Position numbers and translations under genes: made by a program
Part shown: piece after piece, positions 45,822 through 56,045 of the stretch
How positions within the stretch are numbered: the first letter of the stretch is position 1
Layout of the letters: each line of letters starts with the position of its first letter
NCBI GenBank assembly: GCA_965277805.1
Contig: OZ255842.1
Location: 832,001 to 896,000 of the forward strand
Origin: Candidatus Lustribacter sp.
Lineage (GTDB): Bacteria; Vulcanimicrobiota; Vulcanimicrobiia; Vulcanimicrobiales; Vulcanimicrobiaceae
Length of the DNA stretch: 64,000 nt
Direction of reading: 5' to 3'
The notes under the pieces: model-generated
Told to the model about the DNA's origin: nothing
What the model saw: only the letters and a program-made list of their open reading frames with translations
The model's database searches: none

Positions 45822-46501
45822 GGCCGGGGCCCCCGCTCGTCGTCTCCGGACGGCCTGCCTTTGAGGAACGCCAGCGCCATATAGAGCAATACCGGTACCG
45901 CAACGGCGGCGACCGACGCACCGATTTTGCCGAGCGGCGAATTTCCGCTGCGCAGCAATTCGAGAATTGCCGTCACGTCGAAGGAGGAGAGCTGCTCCTT
46001 CGGCGGCGCTTGTGGCGGCGGCGCTGGCGGCGGCGTTGCAGCGCGCGGCGGCTCGATCCACGCGGGCTGAGGGACCGGAACGGGCGGCGGATCCGGATCG
46101 TCTTCGACCGGCTCGTACGGCTCGAGATCGTGATGGTCGAACAGCCCTTCGGCCGTGAGCGACGCCACGTCGAACGCAAACGGGAGGCCGTTCAAGTTGA
46201 CGATGCGTCCGCAGTCGACGCCGTGCGCCTTGAGGTCGTCGTCACGCAAGTACAAGCTCGCGGTGACGTTGTCGCCGGGCCGGTTGCCGGAACGCGTGCG
46301 GATCGTGACGATCGCCCACACGCCGTCGAACGCGGCGATCTCGACGACGTTGCCCGGCCGCATGAAGCTCAGGGAAGGGTACTCGCCGTTGACCGGCGTG
46401 TCCGAGAGGATGGTACCGCGGATGAAAAAGCACGAGGTCCCGACGCCGAAATAGCCGTCGATCGATTTCGCGTTCACCTTGGCGATGCTGCGGGGCATCA
46501 T
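45818..46501 (-). CDS. Hypothetical protein with Pro-rich linker and C-terminal TM segment
   Basis: ORF track; PPPVPVPQP linker and hydrophobic tail; start uncertain. Confidence 0.55.
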   Translation of the reverse strand: MMPRSIAKVNAKSIDGYFGVGTSCFFIRGTILSDTPVNGEYPSLSFMRPGNVVEIAAFDGVWAIVTIRTRSGNRPGDNVTASLYLRDDDLKAHGVDCGRIVNLNGLPFAFDVASLTAEGLFDHHDLEPYEPVEDDPDPPPVPVPQPAWIEPPRAATPPPAPPPQAPPKEQLSSFDVTAILELLRSGNSPLGKIGASVAAVAVPVLLYMALAFLKGRPSGDDERGPRP

Positions 46502-46592
46502 GCGTCGTCTCACCGTAGGTAGTCGTTCGGCCGACGGCCCAAGCAACCTTAGGCTAGCCACCTACCAGGAAATGGTGAGTTCGCGGCCCCTC

Positions 46593-46637
46593 GTCATCCC
46601 GGAAACCAGCTGTGTCATCCCGAGCTTGTCGAGGGAC
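46593..46637. repeat. REP-like remnant related to the 15.4-kb element
   Basis: GTCATCCCG occurs twice; TGTCATCCCGAGCTTGTCGAGGGAC resembles TGTCATCCGAGC...GTCGAGGAAC. Confidence 0.55.
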
Positions 46638-46648
46638 CGCCCCAATCG

Positions 46649-47458
46649 CTAATCCTTAGCGTAATCGTGATCGGGATGGTTTACCGCGCCGACGCGCCAG
46701 TAGCCGCGGGCGACGACCCGGTCTTTCTCGAGCCCGGAAGCCGCAAGGATCGTCGTGCGCAGCTGTCGCAGCGCCGTCGCCTCGCAGCCGACATACACGC
46801 GGCCGGCGCCGGCCGGCCAGGCGAAGCCCTCGAGCCCCTTGAGCAATGCTGTACCGGGCGTATCGCCGGGGCGGCGCACGAGCCACCGGATGTCGGTCTG
46901 GCTGGGGCCGGCCAGTGGACGGGCCTCGTCGGCGGCCACGACCTCGATCAGCACCGTCGTCTTGGTCGTGGCGGGCAGCGCCTCGAGGATCGTCTCGATC
47001 GCCGGCAGCGCGGCGTCATCACCCAGAATCACGTACCACGGCGCTTCGGTATCGACCGCATAGCCCTGCGCCGGGCCCATTTGCACGACTTGCTGCCCAA
47101 CTTTGGCCTGCTCGGCCCACGTCCCCGCCGGGCCGGGCCCGTGCAGCGCGAAATCGACGTCGAGCGTTTGGGCCTGGGCGTCGAAGCGGCGCGGCGTGTA
47201 GGTTCGCGTGTTGGGCGAGCGCGGATCGTCGGGGCCGGGCACCGGAACCGTATCGGCGCCGCTGCCGGGTTCGGGGAAGATCATCTTGATGTGCGCGGCC
47301 GGGCCCGTCCACGTGAACGACGCGAGGTCGCTGCCGCCGAAGGTGACGCGGCGCATCCGAGGGCTCAGTTGCTTCACCGCGACGACCGAGATCGCTCGCG
47401 GGACGCCGCGTTTGCGCGGCGGCCGGGTGCCTTCGGGTGCTTGCTGTTGTTGGGTCAT
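46649..47458 (-). CDS. Siderophore-interacting protein (ViuB/YqjH family)
   Basis: RTYTPRRFD, DFALHG.GPA, GDDAALPA and GYWR motifs. Confidence 0.92.
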   Translation of the reverse strand: MTQQQQAPEGTRPPRKRGVPRAISVVAVKQLSPRMRRVTFGGSDLASFTWTGPAAHIKMIFPEPGSGADTVPVPGPDDPRSPNTRTYTPRRFDAQAQTLDVDFALHGPGPAGTWAEQAKVGQQVVQMGPAQGYAVDTEAPWYVILGDDAALPAIETILEALPATTKTTVLIEVVAADEARPLAGPSQTDIRWLVRRPGDTPGTALLKGLEGFAWPAGAGRVYVGCEATALRQLRTTILAASGLEKDRVVARGYWRVGAVNHPDHDYAKD

Positions 47459-47468
47459 GCGAACTGAC

Positions 47469-48488
47469 TTAACTGGGGACGGCGATCTTTCCCGGCATGA
47501 TGTTCGCCGTGGCGCGCGCTTTGCGCTCGCCGTAAACGAACGGCACGTCGCGCGGCATCGAGGTGTGGAGATCCTCGGCGGCCACGTTGGTGGGATCGGG
47601 GTTGGTCATCAGCGTGTGGATGACCGCGTCGTAGCTCGGATACATGAAGAACGGGATCGAGTAACGCCGGTTGCCCGAGCGGTTGACGACGCGGTGCACG
47701 GTCGAGGAGAAGATACCGTCGGTCCACACTTTGAGCACTTCACCGACGTTGAGCACGAACGTATCGGCAACCGGCGGCACTTGCACCCAATTGAGGTCGC
47801 GGTTGCGAATCTCCAAGCCGCCGTTGTTGTCTTGCGCGAGGATCGTGAATGCGTTCGTGTCGGTGTGTGCGCACGCGCCGAGGTTCACGCCGGAGTCGTC
47901 GGGCTTCTGCGCGGGATAGTGCAGCAACCGCAGGCTATTCATGTCTTTGCGGAAGTATTGGCGCAGCGTGCCCGGCGCGAGTTCCAAGCCGATTTCGAAG
48001 AGGTCGAGCACGTTGTAGCCGAGGTTGTCGATCTTCGCGTAGTAGCGCATCATGCGCGCTTCGAGATCGGGCATCGCGCTCGGCCACGGAATCACGCCGT
48101 GCAGCGGTTTACCGGCGAGAATGCCGGGATGATCGGCCGGCAGCGGACGGCGAATCTGGAATGCTTCCTGCAGATTCGCCGTGATCGTTTCGTGCACGCC
48201 CTTGCTCATGCCGTGCAGATAGCCTTGGGCGTGATTGTTCTTCGTGATCGAGACTTCCATCTTCGCCTCGACCGGCAAGTTGTGAAAGTCTTCCGCGGTC
48301 TTGAAGATCGCGTCGATCTCCGCCCGCGGCACGCCGTGGTTTTTCAAGTACACGAACCCAACGCGCGCGCAGGCCTCGGCGAGCTCCGCCGCAACGGCCG
48401 CGCGGCTTGCTTCGGAGCCGTCCGTCAGCGGCGCGAGATCGACGATCGGCACTTCGTCGAACGAGAGTTTCAGCGCGGTCGGTAACAT
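47469..48488 (-). CDS. 2OG-Fe(II) oxygenase, isopenicillin N synthase family
   Basis: PIVDL, GFVYLKNHG, LRLLHYP, HTD, HRV and RYSIPFF motifs. Confidence 0.92.
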   Translation of the reverse strand: MLPTALKLSFDEVPIVDLAPLTDGSEASRAAVAAELAEACARVGFVYLKNHGVPRAEIDAIFKTAEDFHNLPVEAKMEVSITKNNHAQGYLHGMSKGVHETITANLQEAFQIRRPLPADHPGILAGKPLHGVIPWPSAMPDLEARMMRYYAKIDNLGYNVLDLFEIGLELAPGTLRQYFRKDMNSLRLLHYPAQKPDDSGVNLGACAHTDTNAFTILAQDNNGGLEIRNRDLNWVQVPPVADTFVLNVGEVLKVWTDGIFSSTVHRVVNRSGNRRYSIPFFMYPSYDAVIHTLMTNPDPTNVAAEDLHTSMPRDVPFVYGERKARATANIMPGKIAVPS

Positions 48489-48536
48489 GGTTCTCCCTCG
48501 GCAGGCGGACCGGTATTTTCCTGCAAGTGAAGCGGC

Positions 48537-48845
48537 GTGCCCGCTTATGTGATCGGTGAAGTCGAAATTACCAAGCCCGACGCGATGAAGGCCTATGGGC
48601 CGCTGATCGCGCGCGCGGTCGAGAAGTTCGGGGGGCGCTATCTCGCGCGCGGCGCCAAACCGCACGTGCTCGAAGGCGGCCCAGCCCACAACGTGTTGAT
48701 CATCGAGTTTGCCGACGCCGACACCGCGCGCCGCTGGTACGAGTCGCCCGAGTATGCCGCCGCCAAAGCAGTGCGCGCGGGCGCCTCGAACCTGCGCCTG
48801 ATCGTGGTGGAAGATTTTATCTCGAGTACCGCCGTCAAAGATTAG
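48537..48845 (+). CDS. DUF1330 family protein
   Basis: FGGRYLARG, IIEF and WYESPEY motifs. Confidence 0.88.
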   Translation: MPAYVIGEVEITKPDAMKAYGPLIARAVEKFGGRYLARGAKPHVLEGGPAHNVLIIEFADADTARRWYESPEYAAAKAVRAGASNLRLIVVEDFISSTAVKD

Positions 48846-49888
48846 CGCTTATATGGCCCGAGCTGCTTGACGGCGTCGGCGGCGAACGACGTGTCGACGG
48901 CGTCTTCGGCCGACATCGACGGCGTGTCGATCAAGCCTTGCGCTTTGAAGAAGTCGAGATCGCTGCGCATCGTGATCAGGTCGAGCCGGCCGTCGGGATT
49001 ATCGCCGCTCGGCGTCACGCGGTTGAGCACGCTGCGATCCTGATGCGTCGCGTCGGCGAAGATCGACATAATCACGTCGGCCTGTTTGCCGGCGATGCGG
49101 CCGTTCTGCAGATTGTTGTTGTAGACGCGCACGCCGCGCAGGTAGGCGCGCATGAAGCGCGCGCCGGCATCTTTGTTTTTCAAGAACGTGGCGCCGTAGA
49201 ACATCGCTACGATCTGCTGGTTGGGATAGTACGCGTCATCGCGCAGGATCTTCGTGCCGACGTGTTCTTTTTCGGCGATCGACGGACCGGGCTCGGGCAT
49301 GAGCGATGCGTCGAGCGAACCGTTGCCCATCGCGGCGATCTGATCGGCGACGGGCATGTAGAGCATCGTGACATCGTCCATCGTGAGCCCGCCCTTTTTG
49401 AGCAGCGCCGCGACGAGCGCGGAGGTCGAGATGCCCTTCGCCGTAATCGCGATGCGCTTGCCCTTGAGATCCTTGATGCTCTTGTAGCCGCCGCTCGCCA
49501 AGAGCGAGTTGCGCACCACCAGCGTCTGGAAGCCGTAGCCCGGCGGGTCGCTGCCGAGGTCGGCGACGATGCGCAGGTTGATGCCGCGCCCGACGGCGTT
49601 GTAGAGGCCGGCCGTGATCGCGCCGCCGCCGGCGTCGAGCTGGCCCGCGCCGAGCGGCGCGATCATCAACGCGGCCGAGGGGAGCGGCACGAATTGGACG
49701 TTCAGCCCCTCGGCCTTGAAATAGCCCAGTTTCTCGGCCAGGTAGAACGGGGTCATCGTGATCGAATCGGTGCCGACCCCGAGCCGCACCGTCAGCGGCG
49801 TCTGGGCCGCGGCCGGACCGGCCGCGCCGGCGGCCGCCAAGGGAAGCACGCCGAGCGTGGCCGCAAGCAAGTAGCGCCGTAAACCCAT
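48842..49888 (-). CDS. ABC substrate-binding protein, SsuA/THI5-like
   Basis: Signal peptide; GYFKAEGL, DLKGKRIA and PEP motifs. Confidence 0.85.
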   Translation of the reverse strand: MGLRRYLLAATLGVLPLAAAGAAGPAAAQTPLTVRLGVGTDSITMTPFYLAEKLGYFKAEGLNVQFVPLPSAALMIAPLGAGQLDAGGGAITAGLYNAVGRGINLRIVADLGSDPPGYGFQTLVVRNSLLASGGYKSIKDLKGKRIAITAKGISTSALVAALLKKGGLTMDDVTMLYMPVADQIAAMGNGSLDASLMPEPGPSIAEKEHVGTKILRDDAYYPNQQIVAMFYGATFLKNKDAGARFMRAYLRGVRVYNNNLQNGRIAGKQADVIMSIFADATHQDRSVLNRVTPSGDNPDGRLDLITMRSDLDFFKAQGLIDTPSMSAEDAVDTSFAADAVKQLGPYKR

Positions 49889-49993
49889 GCCGCACGGTTC
49901 GTCGTCCGGAGACCGGATTCAGCGGGGGGCGCGGCCACCGGGTGCTGAACTTATGGCCTGCAGGTTTTCCTCGTGCACGAAGGAGTGGCAGCC

Positions 49994-50590
49994 ATGATCG
50001 CACCCGATCTCAAAAGCGATGTCAAACTCACGGTCCTCAACCCGATGGGGTACCCGCCGGAGATCACGCGCAAATCGGGCGCCCCCCGGCTCGAGACCCT
50101 CGAGGGCAAGACCGTCTATCTGGTCGATTGCCGCTTCGATGATTCGATCGAGTTGCTCAAACAAGTGCAAGCGTGGTTTGCCGAACACATGGCGAACGTG
50201 ACGACGAAGATCATCTCGCTCTCCGCCTATTACGGTCATGACGATCCGACGACGTGGGAAGAAATCAAGAAGAACGGCGACGCGGCGATCGTCGGTGTCG
50301 GCCACTGCAGCACGTGCGCGCCCGCCGTTGCGACGCACGCGATCACGATCGATACGAAGTACGGCGTGCCGGCCGTCGCGATTCACACCGATAAGTTCGA
50401 CCGCGTCGTGAAGTCGGTGCGCAAGATGGGCGGCTTGCCCGAAGCGCCGACCGTATTCGTACCGCAGCCCGTCATGGGCAAGTCGGCCGCGGAGCTGCGC
50501 GCCTACGTCAACGGCAGCGACCCGATCACCGGACGTCCGGTGATGCTCGAGATCGTGGAAGCGCTGACCACGCAATTGAGCGCCGCGTAA
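49994..50590 (+). CDS. UGSC-family-like protein, Cys form (HCSTC)
   Basis: APRLETLEGKTV, GVGHCSTC and GVPAV; AAGGAG SD. Confidence 0.7.
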   Translation: MIAPDLKSDVKLTVLNPMGYPPEITRKSGAPRLETLEGKTVYLVDCRFDDSIELLKQVQAWFAEHMANVTTKIISLSAYYGHDDPTTWEEIKKNGDAAIVGVGHCSTCAPAVATHAITIDTKYGVPAVAIHTDKFDRVVKSVRKMGGLPEAPTVFVPQPVMGKSAAELRAYVNGSDPITGRPVMLEIVEALTTQLSAA

Positions 50591-51652
50591 GTGGTCGAAA
50601 CGAAGGACACGACCCCGCGTTTGGTCGAGCCCGCAACCGAAGACGAACTCCAGCAGCTTTTTCTCGATAACAACTGGACCGACAAACTGCCGATCGTTCT
50701 TCCCACCGAAGAGCGCGTCGCGGCGATGTTGGCGCACACGAGCCGCAAACCGCAAGAAGTCGTCGGCCGCATGCAGCCGACGGCCAACCGCGGCCTGTGG
50801 GAATACACGGTCGAGAAAGTCGCCGTCAACGCCGTGATGTCGGGCGCAAAGCCCGAGTACTTCCCGGTGATCCTCGCGCTCGCCGCATCGGAAGTCACCG
50901 CGCGCGGGAGCACGTCGAGCTCGGGCGCCGCGATGGTCGTCGTGAACGGCCCGATCCGCCACGAGATCAACATGAACTCGGGGATCGGCGCGCTCGGCCC
51001 GTATAACCACGCCAACGCCACGATCGGCCGTGCGTACGGCCTTCTTTCGCAGAACCTGCAAGGCGGCTCGGTGCCGGGCGAGACCTTCATGGGCTCGCAA
51101 GGCAACAACTACACCTACAACAACATCACGTTCGCCGAGAACGAAGAGCGCAGTCCGTGGGAACCGCTGCACGTGCAGAAGGGGTTCAAGCCCACCGACA
51201 GCGTGGTGAACGTGTTCTACGGGTGCCGCTCGACGACGTTTTGTCTGGGCTTGCGCGAAAAATACTGGCGCGAACACGTCAAGGACATGCTGGCCGGTAT
51301 CGAACCGAATACGCCGCCGTGCTTACTGCTCGACCCGATCACGGCGCAGCAGTTCATCGATCGCGGCGGGTTCGTGAAAAAGGCCGACTTGATTCGCTAC
51401 ATCACGGAAAGCGCGACGATGCCGGCGGGCCGCTACTGGGATCTGCAGCTCGTGCAGAACTACGTCTATCCGTGGGCGACGTTCGGCCGCGAACCCGAAG
51501 CGACGAAGCTCAAGGCCAAGGACGACGAGCTGATCCAGGTTTGGGAAGAAAAGAACATCAACGTCGTCGTGGTCGGCGGCGAGACCAACGGCTACTGGCG
51601 CATGATGGGCGCCACGTACCGCAAGTCCGTTTCGATCGACGACTGGCGCTGA
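50591..51652 (+). CDS. UGSC-associated conserved protein
   Basis: WTDKLPIVLPTEERV, TVEKVAVNAVMSG, VNGPI, ANATIGRA and AENEE.SPW. Confidence 0.7.
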   Translation: MVETKDTTPRLVEPATEDELQQLFLDNNWTDKLPIVLPTEERVAAMLAHTSRKPQEVVGRMQPTANRGLWEYTVEKVAVNAVMSGAKPEYFPVILALAASEVTARGSTSSSGAAMVVVNGPIRHEINMNSGIGALGPYNHANATIGRAYGLLSQNLQGGSVPGETFMGSQGNNYTYNNITFAENEERSPWEPLHVQKGFKPTDSVVNVFYGCRSTTFCLGLREKYWREHVKDMLAGIEPNTPPCLLLDPITAQQFIDRGGFVKKADLIRYITESATMPAGRYWDLQLVQNYVYPWATFGREPEATKLKAKDDELIQVWEEKNINVVVVGGETNGYWRMMGATYRKSVSIDDWR

Positions 51653-51678
51653 CGGCGAGGTCGATCGGCAGTCAAGCA

Positions 51679-53121
51679 TTAAGCCATCGCCTGTTCGGCT
51701 TCCAGTACGATGCGTTTCGCCATGTTGTTGAAGATGAATTCGTGGAACGCAACCACGGCATACCAGTAGGCGAAGCCTAACGCGCCGTGCGGATCGAAGA
51801 ACGCCGTTTGCCGCAAGCATGTCCCGCCGTCGTCACGCGGTAGGGCCTCGAACTGCAGCCATGCAAAACCCGGCAACCGCATCTCCGCCCGTAACCGCAA
51901 AAGTTCGTTCGGCTTGTATGCTTCGACGCGCCAGAAATCGACCGCGTCGCCGGCACGCAACGTCGTCGCCGAACGCCGGCCCCGCCGCGTACCGATCCCG
52001 CCCACCATCCGGTCGAGGGCGCCGCGCAAGTCCCACAGCCAGTCCGCGTAGAGCCAGCCTTTCGCTCCGCCGAGGCTTGTAAAAATGCGAAACACGTCGC
52101 TCGGCGAGGCTTTGCTCTCGCGCTCGCGGCGGTCGATCAGCATACCCTGTTCCGAGCCCGTGAAATTGGCAGGCAGCGTTTGAACGTCAAAAGCATCAAA
52201 CCACGTCGTCTCGGGCCCGAGCGTTGAATAGCGATCCAGCGCGCGTTCTACCGCAACGTCGAAACCCACCGGCACGATCTCCGGAAAGAGTTCGCGTGCG
52301 CTCGAGTCGTGGACGATGACTTCGTTGAACAGACCCTCGACGAGGGGGCGTGCAATGGCCGCCGGGATCGGCGTGATCAGGTGAATCCAAAGGCTCGAGA
52401 GGCGCGGGCTGAGCAGCGGTACGGGAACGATCGTCCGCGTCAGCCCGCGAATCTTTGCATAGCGCAGCATCAGGTCGCGATATGGCAATACGTCCGCACC
52501 TCCGATCTCGATGATTCGGCCGGCGCTCTCCGGCGTGTCGAGCGCGGCGACAAGGTAGCATAGCACGTCGCGAATGCCGATCGGCTGACAGCGGGTGGCG
52601 ACCCATTTTGGCGCGATCATCACCGGCAGCCGTTCCGTCAGGTCGCGCAGCATTTCAAATGAAATGCTTCCCGAACCAACGATGATCGCCGCACGAAATT
52701 CGGTGACGGGAACGCCGCTCGCGCGCAGTTCGTCACCGACCTCGTGCCGGCTCTTCAGGTGTTTGGAGAGCTTTGCGTTCTGATCTTGGCCGAGTCCGCC
52801 GAGAAAGATGATCCGCCCGACGCCGGCGGCCGCCGCGACCTTCCCGAAAAGGCGCGCCCCCTCACGGTCGCGTTGGGAGAAATCGCGGCGATCGTCGGAC
52901 ATCGAGTGCACGAGATAGTAGGTGACGTCGCAATCGCGTAGCGCTTCGCCGAGCGAAGCCTCATCGAAAAGATCGCCCTGCGCGACTTCCGCTCCCGGAA
53001 ACCGCCCGGCGATTCTGCCGGGATCGCGCGCAAAGCACCGTACGGTGTGGCCCGCGTCGAGTAACGCCGGAATGAGCCGGCCGCCGATGTAGCCCGTGGC
53101 TCCGGTAACGAGGATGCGCAT
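51679..53121 (-). CDS. YbjT-like NAD(P)-binding protein with DUF2867 domain
   Basis: GATGYIG, YYLVHSM, SRHEVG, DFWRVE and AEMRLPG.AWL motifs. Confidence 0.9.
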   Translation of the reverse strand: MRILVTGATGYIGGRLIPALLDAGHTVRCFARDPGRIAGRFPGAEVAQGDLFDEASLGEALRDCDVTYYLVHSMSDDRRDFSQRDREGARLFGKVAAAAGVGRIIFLGGLGQDQNAKLSKHLKSRHEVGDELRASGVPVTEFRAAIIVGSGSISFEMLRDLTERLPVMIAPKWVATRCQPIGIRDVLCYLVAALDTPESAGRIIEIGGADVLPYRDLMLRYAKIRGLTRTIVPVPLLSPRLSSLWIHLITPIPAAIARPLVEGLFNEVIVHDSSARELFPEIVPVGFDVAVERALDRYSTLGPETTWFDAFDVQTLPANFTGSEQGMLIDRRERESKASPSDVFRIFTSLGGAKGWLYADWLWDLRGALDRMVGGIGTRRGRRSATTLRAGDAVDFWRVEAYKPNELLRLRAEMRLPGFAWLQFEALPRDDGGTCLRQTAFFDPHGALGFAYWYAVVAFHEFIFNNMAKRIVLEAEQAMA

Positions 53122-53170
53122 GGGCTCCTCTTCCCCCCGGGGATGCCTTTGCTCGCTTGTAACGCCGGTA

Positions 53171-54118
53171 TCAATGCCAGTAGGGGGCGGAGTCGGTGAC
53201 GATCTGCTGCGTATCGAACGGCTGCTTTAGCGCGCCGTACTTCACCGCGGTGTCGATGCCCGGCTGAAGGAGCGCGCGCGTGAGCTGCTCGCCGTACGTG
53301 GCGCGCACCATCGTTTTGAAGAGCGCCGGGTCGATGCCGGCTACGGGCGCGAAGATTTTCGCCGTCTCGGCGTGATGCGTGTTGGCGTAGTGCGCCGTTT
53401 CGCGCATCGCAGCCACGAACCGACGCGTTGCGTCCGGATTCGCCGCCGCCCAAGATTTGGAAATCACGAAGACCGAGCTGATCCATGCGGGGGCAACGGC
53501 GGCGAACGCGTTTCCGAGCACCTCGACGTCGTCTTTGGCCGGGGTCAGGAGCGGCTCGCCGAGCATCGCAGCAGCGATGCGCCCCTGTTTGAGCGCGGCG
53601 ACCATGCTCGATTCGGGCAGTTCGACGAAGTGCGTGGAGTGCGAGTCGCCGCCGTTTTTGTCGATCCACGTCTCGGCGCCGAGCTGCAGCGTGCCGCCGA
53701 GGGTCGTCGTGCCGATGATCTTGCCGTTGAGATCGGCGGCCGTACGCAGTTGCGTGTTCCCGCGCACCTTCACGAGTTTGGTGTTCTCCCGGTCTTCCAT
53801 CGCCAGGTCGGCCGGCGCGACGACGATGATCGGGATGCCGTTTTCAATGGCCTGAACGGCCGAAGTGATGTTGGAGAAACCGGCTTCGAGCGAGCCGCCC
53901 GCAACGGCCGCAACGACGGCACCGCCGCCGTTGTACGACGTAACCGTTGCGTCGATGCCGTACTTCTTAAAGATACCGGCGCCTTGCGCGAACAGCGGCT
54001 CGGCGCTGCCGTCGGCAGAACCGAGCACGGCAATGCGCATCGGCGTCAGCGTGCTTTGCGCCAGCGCGCTCGCGGGCAGCAGCGCCGCGAGTACGGCAAT
54101 GACGATGCAGCGTATCAC
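53171..54118 (-). CDS. ABC substrate-binding protein, SsuA/THI5-like
   Basis: Signal peptide; ADLNGK, WIDKNGGD and GRI.AA..GEP; paralogue of 33592. Confidence 0.85.
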   Translation of the reverse strand: MIRCIVIAVLAALLPASALAQSTLTPMRIAVLGSADGSAEPLFAQGAGIFKKYGIDATVTSYNGGGAVVAAVAGGSLEAGFSNITSAVQAIENGIPIIVVAPADLAMEDRENTKLVKVRGNTQLRTAADLNGKIIGTTTLGGTLQLGAETWIDKNGGDSHSTHFVELPESSMVAALKQGRIAAAMLGEPLLTPAKDDVEVLGNAFAAVAPAWISSVFVISKSWAAANPDATRRFVAAMRETAHYANTHHAETAKIFAPVAGIDPALFKTMVRATYGEQLTRALLQPGIDTAVKYGALKQPFDTQQIVTDSAPYWH

Positions 54119-55317
54119 TTCAGCGGCTTACCACCCGGTTCGCTCGCGGCGACCCAGGTTTTCTTTGCCGCGTCCCAGCGGCAAACGACGATCGCATCGA
54201 GGCCGATGCCGCGCTGGCTGCCGTCGGTGAAATCGTAGTAGCCGTCGGAACCCGGGAAGTGCTTGAGGCTTTCGATGTAGTCGAGCACTTGTTTCGGGGT
54301 TGCGTTCGTGCCGACGTGTTTGAGCGCGTCGATGATCACGAGCGTCGGATCCCACGATTGGCTGTTGCCGACGTCCGGATCTATGCCTTGCGCGTTGAAG
54401 GCCTTGTAGAAGAGTTGTTGCGCGTCGCGCACGGGACCCTTCGGCGTGATGTCGCGCGAGATGAAGCCCGGCGCAACGAAGTAGATCTCTTTCGGCAGGA
54501 TCGCCGTGTACTGGTCCATCTGGGCGTGGATGACGTTGCCGAGACTCGACATCACCGGCAGATTGTCGAGGCCCGCATCTTTCAGCGCGCGTAGGACCGT
54601 AGCGGTTGATGTTCCGACGGTGGCGTCGAGGATCACGTCGGGATTGAACGATTTCATCTTCGCGACTTGTGCGGCCACGCTGATGTCGCTGGGTGCGAAA
54701 TGCTCGCGATCGAGCAGCTTCAGGCCCGGATATTTGCCGGAGTTGTACTCATCGACCCAGCGGGCTTCGGTGTCTTGTCCCGTCGCGTCGGTCGAAGAGA
54801 TGATCACCGCGTTCTTCCAGCCTTTGGCCTCGAGGAACGTCATCTGCGCCTTCGCCTGATCGTTGCTCGAGGATCCGCCGGAGAAGAGCAGGCTTCCGGC
54901 GGCGGGATGCAACGTCGGCGCGAAGCAGTACGTGACCGGACCGTTGGCTGCCACGACGAGCGGCTGCACCGCGAGACACGAGGCCAGATACGTCGGCCCC
55001 AAGAGGACGTTGGGTTTCTTCGCAATGATGCCGCTGGCGATTTGGGCCGCCGTCGCGGGGTTGGACGCGTCGTCTTGGATCACCATCTTGATCTGCTGAC
55101 CCTTGATGCCGCCCGACTTGTTCACGATCGACTCGATGGCGCGCACCGAGGCGGCTTCGGCTTGGCCGATAAACGCGAACGGACCGGTGAGCGAGACGAT
55201 GACGTTGATCTCAAACGGTTCGGCCGCGCGACTCGGCGCGGCGGCTTGGAGCGGAATGACGAGTGCGGCCACGGCCGCAGCCGCAACGAGGACGCGGCGA
55301 AGCGAACGAATGTTCAA
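54115..55317 (-). CDS. ABC substrate-binding protein, LivJ/branched-chain type
   Basis: Signal peptide; SLTGP.A..G, N..GGIKG and DDASNP motifs. Confidence 0.88.
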   Translation of the reverse strand: MNIRSLRRVLVAAAAVAALVIPLQAAAPSRAAEPFEINVIVSLTGPFAFIGQAEAASVRAIESIVNKSGGIKGQQIKMVIQDDASNPATAAQIASGIIAKKPNVLLGPTYLASCLAVQPLVVAANGPVTYCFAPTLHPAAGSLLFSGGSSSNDQAKAQMTFLEAKGWKNAVIISSTDATGQDTEARWVDEYNSGKYPGLKLLDREHFAPSDISVAAQVAKMKSFNPDVILDATVGTSTATVLRALKDAGLDNLPVMSSLGNVIHAQMDQYTAILPKEIYFVAPGFISRDITPKGPVRDAQQLFYKAFNAQGIDPDVGNSQSWDPTLVIIDALKHVGTNATPKQVLDYIESLKHFPGSDGYYDFTDGSQRGIGLDAIVVCRWDAAKKTWVAASEPGGKPLK

Positions 55318-55424
55318 GGCAAGACCCTCCGGGCATCGGGCCTTCGCGTTCGTCTGGAAGATTCCGGCGAAAATAAATCCCGCAACCGTAAGAATCTGCC
55401 ACGCTTGGACCGAAGGGCGGCCCT

Positions 55425-56003
55425 ATGAAAGCGTTTGCTATCCTCCTCGCCCTGCTGCTCGTGCCGATGGCGGCGCGCGCCGCGGATCATCCGGACATGT
55501 TCGTTTTGAGCTCACCGGATTTTGCTGACGACGGCTTTCTGAGCGCGGCGAACGCGGGTCGAGGAAAGAGCCCGCGTGGACCGTGGGCCTGCGGCGGGCA
55601 AGACGTCTCGCCGGCGCTGACGTGGTCGCACGCGCCGAAGGGCACGCAAACCTACGCCGTCATCATGGACGATCCGGATGCCGCGTCCGGCCGCGGCGGC
55701 ACGCATTGGATCGCCTACGACATTCCCGCTTCCGTGACCCATTTGCCGCGCAACGCCGGCAACGGCGACTCGAACCTCCTCGTCGGCGGCGACAATGGCG
55801 CGACGTACGCCTACCACGGCCCGTGCGCCGAACCGGACGCGAAAACGCATCACTTCCTATGGATGGTCTACGCGCTCGATCTACCGGTCGGCACGCTGCC
55901 GGCAAACCTCACCCAAGCGCAATTCATGGCGCGCATCAAAGGCCACAACCTCGCCGAGGCAAGCTTGATCTCGCGTTACATGCCCCGCTCGAAGAAGCAT
56001 TGA
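55425..56003 (+). CDS. YbhB/YbcL (PEBP) family protein
   Basis: SPALTW, DDPDA, HW, YHGPC and YALD motifs. Confidence 0.9.
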   Translation: MKAFAILLALLLVPMAARAADHPDMFVLSSPDFADDGFLSAANAGRGKSPRGPWACGGQDVSPALTWSHAPKGTQTYAVIMDDPDAASGRGGTHWIAYDIPASVTHLPRNAGNGDSNLLVGGDNGATYAYHGPCAEPDAKTHHFLWMVYALDLPVGTLPANLTQAQFMARIKGHNLAEASLISRYMPRSKKH

Positions 56004-56045
56004 TCCGGGCAGGAATCAAGCAAATGTAACGCTAGATGCAGACGC

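Noticed and set aside
50290-50330. Selenocysteine in the UGSC-like protein
   Set aside because: Both positions are TGC (Cys); there is no in-frame TGA.
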